From: Rebecca billardiae RCC1528
Lineage: Eukaryota; Protista; Haptophyta
DNA length: 64,000 nucleotides
NCBI GenBank assembly: GCA_965240325.2
Contig: OZ251253.1
Coordinates: 62,001 to 126,000 of the forward strand
Direction of reading: 5' to 3'
Both the position numbers and the translations under genes were made by a program. Positions 57,173 to 64,000 of the stretch are shown one piece after another; the stretch's first letter is position 1, and each line of letters opens with the position of its first letter. The notes under the pieces are model-generated. The model searched no databases and was not told where the DNA came from. It saw only the letters and a list, made by a program, of their open reading frames with translations.

Positions 57173-59663
57173 GCGGCACGGCGCGCGCACAGCTGCGCGG
57201 GCATGGCGGCGGACGGACGGGCCGTTGGGAGGCGTGGCAAGCGCGCGTGGGCTCGTGCGCTGGCCGTCGTGCTGGCTGTGCCGCGTGTCGAGCTCGCTGC
57301 CGCGCAGCCGCCAGCGCTGGGCTGCTCGCTCAGCACGTGCTGACCTGCTCGCCCGAGCGATGATGCGAGCCGCGCTGCCGCTCGGGCGGAGCGCGAGCAG
57401 ACTTGACAGCTGCGCGCTCATCCCCGCCGCTCCCGCCGTGAGCGGGGTGGATGGATTGCGCCGTCCGCCCACACGCACGGTGCACGATCCGCTGTATCCG
57501 GCCGCGGGGGACTGTTTTGACGAGTGTGGGAGTCGGATAACAGATCGGCCGGGGTCGTTGCCATTGCCGTTTCCACGCCACCCGGGGCCGGTTGCAGCAG
57601 CTGGCGACGTTCTGATGATGTGATGACGACCGTGACCGAGGCGCGATGACGATTTATTCGTCTCGGGCCTTCGTCGTATACGACGACACTCGCACAGCGC
57701 CGCACGTACTTACTGTCGTCTGAGTCAGCCGAGCCGCGCCCGCCCGAGTCCGGGTCGAGTGTCAGTGGCCCTGTTTTATTTCGTCTTTCTCTCGTCCATA
57801 CAGTTTACTAATAAGATAATACGAGACGCACACAGCGCAGGCAGGCGAGATACAGTTTACTATGATTTAACGTGCACACTTGGTTAAGGCGTGAAACGCC
57901 ATCCAACACTGCACAAAGACACCGCCACAAAACAGACCGGCGCAGGCAGGTGAGGGGCGCGTTGCCGCACCTCATCGAGGCGGCCATTGCAGCAAGCGGC
58001 CGCCCCACGCTCGGAGGCACGCGCTCGAGAGCGCGCTCTGACACCACACGGGGAGGGTGCTGCACCTGGATGTTGTATCCCAGCCACCTCGAGAGTGCAG
58101 CCACGCCAAACACCTGCCTGCGCTGTGAGCGACGCCGCGTCGACTGATCGAGCCCCAGCCGAAGGGAAGAACTGGAAGATGAAGGGTGGGCAGGTCCACA
58201 TGCCCGGCGTAAACTGCGCGCTGCTCGCCCGCGGAGGCAAGCAGCGCACCCCCGCCGCCTTCGCAGGCAGCGGGGGCGGGGGAAAGCGGCCCCTCTCGGT
58301 TGCCGCCAGCCCCTGGCTGCCCACCTACCCCGGTTGTGGCACAGAGCCTTTGCCTGCCTCGAACACATACACCTTGTGAGCAGGGCCAGGCGCGGCCCCA
58401 CGCCCCATCGGGGCGAGTGGGCCCGCGAAGAGCGCGCCCACGACCTCGTCGGTCGTCGCCGACGCCGCGCCCGCATGCCCTGACGCCGCAGCCGGGGCGC
58501 CATCACCCTGAGGGCGATGGCCGCCCTCAGCTAGTTTCCCGCGAGAACCCAACGGCGACGCAAAACGCGCGGCGGTAAAATGATGGCGGCTTGCCCGCTG
58601 GTGCGGGCGCCGAGTCCGGAGCAGCATGATGGCACGTCATTCATTCGCGCATTCTCGTGTTGAGGCGCTGCGCTTTGGCGAAGGATGTTGCCAGACATGC
58701 TGCCTCGCCTCGCCGTGGTGCTTCGCCTTGACACATGGGTCACTCGCGGTGCACGGCAGTGTGCACGCCGCAGCTACAGGGCCTCTGTAAGCTGCCACGC
58801 ACTCTGCCTTGGCTGCTGCGTCGCACCCGTGTCAGTTAGCGACCAGTTCACAGCCGGATGAACTGCAATCGCCACCAGCTTTAAACGCTCCGCCGCCACT
58901 GCCTTGTCGAGCTTGAGATGCTTCCGTTGCGTGCGCTTGCATGCAGCCTGCCGCATGCAATTGAACGTGATCGCGGCAGGTCGGCTGGCCGGATTGTCGA
59001 GCCTCCTCGGCGTAGACTACGACACGATGCGTGCCACGCGCACCCATGACGCGCGGAAAGGCGTGCACACGTGCCCTGGCGCATCTGGTAGGCTGCAGTC
59101 TTGGCCAAGATGATGAGAACAAGCCTGCAATGCGAGCGCTCGCTATGCGGGCGCAGAGAGCGCGGAGAGTTCTGGGATCCGACCCATGGTGTTGGATGTA
59201 CCTCGTGTGCGACAACGATGAGACGGACGAGCGCCGCAACTAGATTCCTGCACTCACTGGTCACCGAGGAGTGCGCACGTGGGGGCCGCCATCGGCCGTA
59301 AGAGGTATTGTAGGGGCGTGAGTCGTCGGGTTCGCCGCCTGTGCCATTGTTCCCGGACGGGCGCCGGACCTCCATTCAGCATCGATACGGACGTCGAGCG
59401 TGGCCGATGGGCTTGGAGAGGGCCAGACGCGCATGTCCACAGCGCGGATCTGCCGCCGCCTGCTTTGCCTCCGCCCGTGCAGCCCACCCGACGGCTTGCC
59501 GCACGAGCGAGAGGTGCTGATGAGCAGCGAGGAAGGCGAAACGCACTGCGCCCTGTGGGCGAGCGCGCGGTAGAGCACCAGCGCGCTCCGTGCGCCGCGT
59601 TCCTTCGCGCCACAGCCTGCTGTCGACGGGTTTTCGCGCTGAACGTATGACCCACATCAAAGA

Positions 59664-60054
59664 TGCTGCCACATGCCGAGCCCGTACGCGCGGTGCGTAC
59701 GTGACACGCTGAGTGCAGAGCCGTACGCCTTTGTTGCAGGTGCATGCTGTTCCATGTGTAGCTGTAGCGTGCGCGTTCCACAGCGTAGCCGAAAACATGC
59801 GCTGCGGATTTGGCCGTGAAGGAGCTGGCTGCCAATGCAGACCAGCTGTCCGGTGTGTGGAAGGCTCTTCGCCTGCAGCCAGTGAGCACATCTGCCCAGC
59901 TTTAGACAATTAGACGCAGTCTGTATGGGAGGCTGAGGAACCGGCAGCCAACGCGTAGTCCCAACCAGGCAGTAAGACCCGGTCACAGCATGAATCGTCA
60001 CTCAGCGTGCCACGTGCGCACGGCGCGCGTACGGGCTCGGCATGTGCGGCAGCA
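59664..60054. mobile_element. Degenerate MITE-like element with ~52-56-bp imperfect terminal inverted repeats
   Basis: tgctgccacatgccgagcccgtacgcgc...cacgctgagtg (59664-59715) matches the reverse complement of 59999-60054. No clear TSD. Confidence 0.5.
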
Positions 60055-60508
60055 GTAGCATCCTAATGCATGGGTACGTAGTACGTCCTACGTTCAGCGA
60101 AGAAACCCGTCGATCGACAGGCAGGCGGCTGTGCCGCGAATAAGGCCAACGCGGCGCACGGAGCGCGCGCGCTGCGCTGGTCGCGTGCTGTCGTAGCTAC
60201 GACCGCGCGCTCGCCCGCACTCAGGGCGCGCGCGTCCGTCATCTGCTTATTTATATTGCGCGCGCGCGCAGTAAAGCAGCAGTGCGTCGTCGTCGTCATA
60301 TGGACGACCGACGATGATCGTCTGCGCTGCTTCCGGGACCGGGAACTATTGGCGCGCGTAGTGCGCCGGCCTGCGCGCGATGAACTGGCGCCGCGCGAGT
60401 ATATGCTGGGCACGCGGCACGACTGCCACGACTTTGATCGTCATCGCCCGGCGGATGATGCTGCTGACTACGTACGGCGGACGACAGTTATTCGTCATCA
60501 TATATCGT

Positions 60509-60510
<2 letters not shown>

Positions 60511-60557
<47 letters not shown>
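60511..60557. repeat. (TA)n microsatellite downstream of the oxidoreductase 3' end
   Basis: Near-perfect AT run of 47 bp. Confidence 0.95.
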
Positions 60558-60839
60558 CAGTCGTAGTATATAGTAGTAGTTCCGACGACTCAGCGCAGAC
60601 TCCGCGGACGCAGTCAGCGCTATAGCGCTATATAGCTGCTAGATTATCATCTAGCTACCGGACAGTTTCTGAACTGGTCCGGGCACGGCTGCGCCCGACG
60701 GCTGTCAGCAAGGCCGCGGGCGGTGGCGGCAGCCGTCATCCCCGCGTACGGGGAAGCTGAGCGGCGCGGCCGCCTGCTCGTCATCCCCGGACGCGGCCCG
60801 CGGGCCCGCGCCCCGCGCGTGCACGCCCGCCGCGCCGCA

Positions 60840-61883
60840 TCAGCCCGCTCCTGCGAGCGCGAGCGCGTCGTCGGCCTGCACGCGCAGCACGAGCTTGCCC
60901 GCGCTGCCGCCCGGCTGCGCGAGCACGTCCGCGTGCGCGCGCGGCGCGTCGTCGAGCGCGTACTCGCGCGCGACGCGCGGCGCGAGCGTGCCCGCGCGCA
61001 GCGCCGCGCCCACGTGCGCCGCCGCCTCGCGCCGCTCCGCCGCCGTCGCGCGGCCGAGCATCACGCCGCTGAGCGTGAGCTCCTTGGCCATCAGCACGCG
61101 CGGCGCGAACGAGGGCAGCGCGCCGCGCGAGCCGACGACGACGACGCGGCCCTCGGGCTCGAGCACGTCGGCGGCGCGCTGGAGGTGCGACGAGGCGAGC
61201 ATCTCGACGACCAGCTGCACGCGCACGCCGGCCGGCAGCGCGATCGGCGGCTCCGCCGGCTGCGCGCTCCCCTTCCACGCGCTGTGGTCGATCGCGTGCG
61301 CGGCGCCCGCCTCGCGCACCGCGGCCGCGCCCTCGGCCGAGCCGGCGGAGCCGACGACGACGCAGCCGTGCGCGGCGGCGAGCGCGACGGCGGCGAGGCC
61401 GACGCCGCCGCTCGCGCCGTGCACGAGCACGCCCTCGCCCGGCCGCGCGCGCCCGCGCGTGAAGAGCGCGCGGTACGCGGTGAGCGCGGCCGTGCCGATC
61501 GCCGCGCCCTGCGCAAAGCTCAGCCGCTCGGGCAGCGGGAAGACGGCGTCGGCGTCGCAGAGCGCGAGCTCGGCGTACGCGCCGGTGAGCGTGCCGCACA
61601 CCCACACGCGCTCGCCCACGCGCACGTGCGCCACGCCCGCGCCGTGCGCCACGACGACCCCCGCGCAGTCCTTGCCCGGCGTGTACGGCGGCGGCGGCGC
61701 GCCCGCGTACGTGCCCGCGCGGATGTACGTGTCGACCGGGTTGAGGCCGGCGCACGCGACGCGCACGAGGACGTGCGTGCGCTCGTCCACGCGCGGGGCC
61801 TCGATCGCCGCCACGCGCAGAACCTCGGGCCCGCCGAACGCGTCGACGCGCACCGCGCGCATCGTCGTCGTCGGCCCTGCCAT
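60840..61883 (-). CDS. NADPH:quinone oxidoreductase, zeta-crystallin-like (MDR family), 347 aa, intronless
   Basis: Motifs MRAVRV..FGGPEVL, AGLNPVDTYIRAG, PYTPGKDCAG, GAYAE, LTAYRAL, VLVHGASGGVG, GKLVL. Confidence 0.92.
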   Translation of the reverse strand: MAGPTTTMRAVRVDAFGGPEVLRVAAIEAPRVDERTHVLVRVACAGLNPVDTYIRAGTYAGAPPPPYTPGKDCAGVVVAHGAGVAHVRVGERVWVCGTLTGAYAELALCDADAVFPLPERLSFAQGAAIGTAALTAYRALFTRGRARPGEGVLVHGASGGVGLAAVALAAAHGCVVVGSAGSAEGAAAVREAGAAHAIDHSAWKGSAQPAEPPIALPAGVRVQLVVEMLASSHLQRAADVLEPEGRVVVVGSRGALPSFAPRVLMAKELTLSGVMLGRATAAERREAAAHVGAALRAGTLAPRVAREYALDDAPRAHADVLAQPGGSAGKLVLRVQADDALALAGAG

Positions 61884-62317
61884 CGTGCGCGAGCGGCTCG
61901 GGCGCAAGCCAGCCGTGCGGCCGGCAATTACTCCGGTTGGTCGACCAGAAAAGAACGAAAGCAGGGCCAAACGCAGCTTTCGCCTCATGACCATCAGATG
62001 TTGAGCGCGCTTGCCGCCTACAGATTCGTCCGCGCGAAAGCCCAAGCGCTCGCGGCGAATTCGCTGCATCGCTGGCAGTTGGCACGTCATGCGCGCTTGC
62101 GCGTGCGCCTTTTATGAACTCGCGCGCGATGAACGAGGATTACGCCGCGCCACTGGCCAGTGCAGCCACTGGGCAAGTGGGTGCAGATTCAGTCGCGGCG
62201 TCGCATCTGCCCGACACACGCCCCGCGCGCGTGCCGCGCGCTCCCGGCCCGTGAGCGCGTGAGCGCGGCGCGCGCAGCCGCGTGCGCGCGCGAAGCCGAG
62301 GGCGGCGCCGCCGGACG

Positions 62318-63704
62318 ATGCGCCCGGCGATGCTCGCGCACGCGCTCCTCCGCCTGCTCCCCCGCCGCGCCCCGCCGCCGCCGCCGCCGTCCGGCAGCGC
62401 CGAGCCGCTGGAGCCTTTGGTGCTGGTGCTGCCGCTCTCGCACGCGCTGCTCGCGCTGTGCGCGCTGCTCGTGCTGCGCGCGGCGCGGCTGCTCTGGCGG
62501 ATGCGAGCGGTGCAGGTGGCGTACGCCGCCCGCCTCGCCCCGCTCCCGCCCGCGCCGCCGCCCCTCCTCCTCGCCGCCGACAAGCGCGGCGCCGGGCCGC
62601 CGTCGTGCGCCGGCTCCGACTCCTCGCCCTCGCCCGCCTCCGGCGACGCGGACGGGTGCGACGAGCCGAGGCGCGGGCTGGGCGCGGAGGGGGTCGCTGA
62701 GGCGGGGCGGCAGCTCACCTCCGCGCTCGCGCCCGCCGACCTCTCGCTCGGCGCCTCGCTCCAGCGGCTGCGCCACAAGCCGCCGCCGATGTGAGCGCGC
62801 GCGCGCCGCGCGCCCGGCGCGCGGGCGTTCGGCGCGGGCCGCGGCTGAGCGCGTGCTCCCGCCCCGCGCTCTGCGCTCGCGCCCGCGCGCCCGCGCGCGC
62901 AGGCACGACGCGCCCGACGTGGACGAGCTCCTCGCCGAGCACGGCGCGCGCGTGCGCGCGATGCTGGCGCGCGCGTGCGCGGAGGGCTGGGCGGGCTTCA
63001 AGCCGGGCCAGCACGACGCCTTGTACGCGCTGCGCTTCCTGCTGTCGCACAAGCTGTGCGCGGAGAAGGCGGCGTGCGCGATGAAGGAGACGCTCGCGTG
63101 GCGCGAGCGCAACCGCGTCGACGAGATCAACGCCTTCGTGCGCACGCACCCGCAGTCGGCGTTCCCGGGGCACGCGCGCATCGCGCCGCACTTCTACACG
63201 CCCGTGTACACGCCGGCGGGCGACTGGCCGCCGTTCATGGTGATCGACGCGGCGATCCTCGACCCGGCGGCGCTGATGGGCGAGATCTCGGTGGACGACT
63301 ACGTCGTGTACTCCATGTACCTCTCCGAGCTCATGCACGCGCGCTGCGACGAGATCACGCGGCGCACGCGCAAGCTGATGAAGGCGACGCGTCTGGTGGG
63401 CATGGCGGGGCTGCGCGTGCGGCACGCGTCCATGGGCTTTGCGCGCGCGGCGGCGGCGGCGGCGAAGGACCACGTGGACTGCTACCCGCAGAACCTGGGG
63501 CACCTGTTCCTGTGCAACGTGCCGTACGCCATGCGCGTGCTCTGGGACGGCGCCGTGCGCCCCCTCCTCCCCGAGCGCGTGATCGAGAAGACGTCGGTGC
63601 TCAACCCGCTGTGCGAGCCAGCCGACCTCGACCGCGTGACAGACTACGTGCGCTTCGACGAGCTGCCCGCGTGCATACACCCGGGCGCGGGCGGGGCGCG
63701 CTGA
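62318..63704 (+). CDS. CRAL-TRIO/Sec14 lipid-binding protein with N-terminal TM segment; exons 62318-62790 and 62903-63704 (~424 aa)
   Basis: Hydrophobic LVLVLPLSHALLALCALLVL; CRAL-TRIO-N ALRFLLSHK...A..MKETLAWR; YPQNLGHLFLCNVPY..RVLW...RPLLPERVIEK. Intron 62791-62902 (GTGAGC..GCAG). Confidence 0.85.
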
Positions 63705-64000
63705 GGGGGCGGGGGGCGGGGCGTGGCTGGCGCGCCGCGCGCCGGCCGCTGGGCCCGCGTCCTCGCCGCCAGCCGCGCCGCCGCCTGCGTCCGATCGTCG
63801 CCGTCGCTGCAGCTGCCTGCAGCGCGGCCGGTCTGCGGCGGCGGCGCGCCCCGCGCCTGACGCAGTGCCGCCGCCGCCTCTGCCGCCTCGGCTCAGACTC
63901 GTCTGTCGTCGCCTGCTGCGCTGCGCCACAGCGGCCGGCTGGGGCCCCGCCGCACCTCGGCCGCGGCGGGGACGCCTCCCCGGCTGAGCCGGCTTGCCGC

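Noticed and set aside
35157-64000. tRNA or rRNA genes
   Set aside because: No cloverleaf or conserved rRNA segments seen by eye; a covariance-model search was not possible.

Overview
Very GC-rich eukaryotic DNA with short GT-AG introns. The composition, (CG)n-rich introns and gene set resemble a haptophyte alga such as a Pavlovales species; this is inferred, not proven. Bases 1-34954 are one intronless minus-strand reading frame of at least 11,651 codons. The ORF track omits it because it runs off the left edge, and the long + strand Gly/Ser ORFs are its antisense shadow. It encodes a signal or anchor segment, an RRRL motif, a ~3,600-residue Ser-Pro3 extensin-like rod, and then ~59 tandem ~105-110 aa SEA-like domains joined by Pro-rich linkers. 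Directly upstream on the same strand is a hydroxyproline O-arabinosyltransferase (HPAT/GT95-like) with an ShKT domain, the enzyme class that glycosylates Ser-Hyp repeats, so the two may form a substrate-modifier pair. The other genes are PIP5K, an IQ-DH-PH RhoGEF, a Yhm2-like mitochondrial carrier, an SLC35F/EamA transporter, a 40S RPS29 lacking three of four Zn-binding cysteines, a zeta-crystallin-like quinone oxidoreductase and a CRAL-TRIO protein. These eight genes (including HPAT) form four head-to-head pairs. The convergent gaps hold (TA)n islands, a TA-flanked MITE, a ~440-bp inverted repeat and a second putative TIR element.
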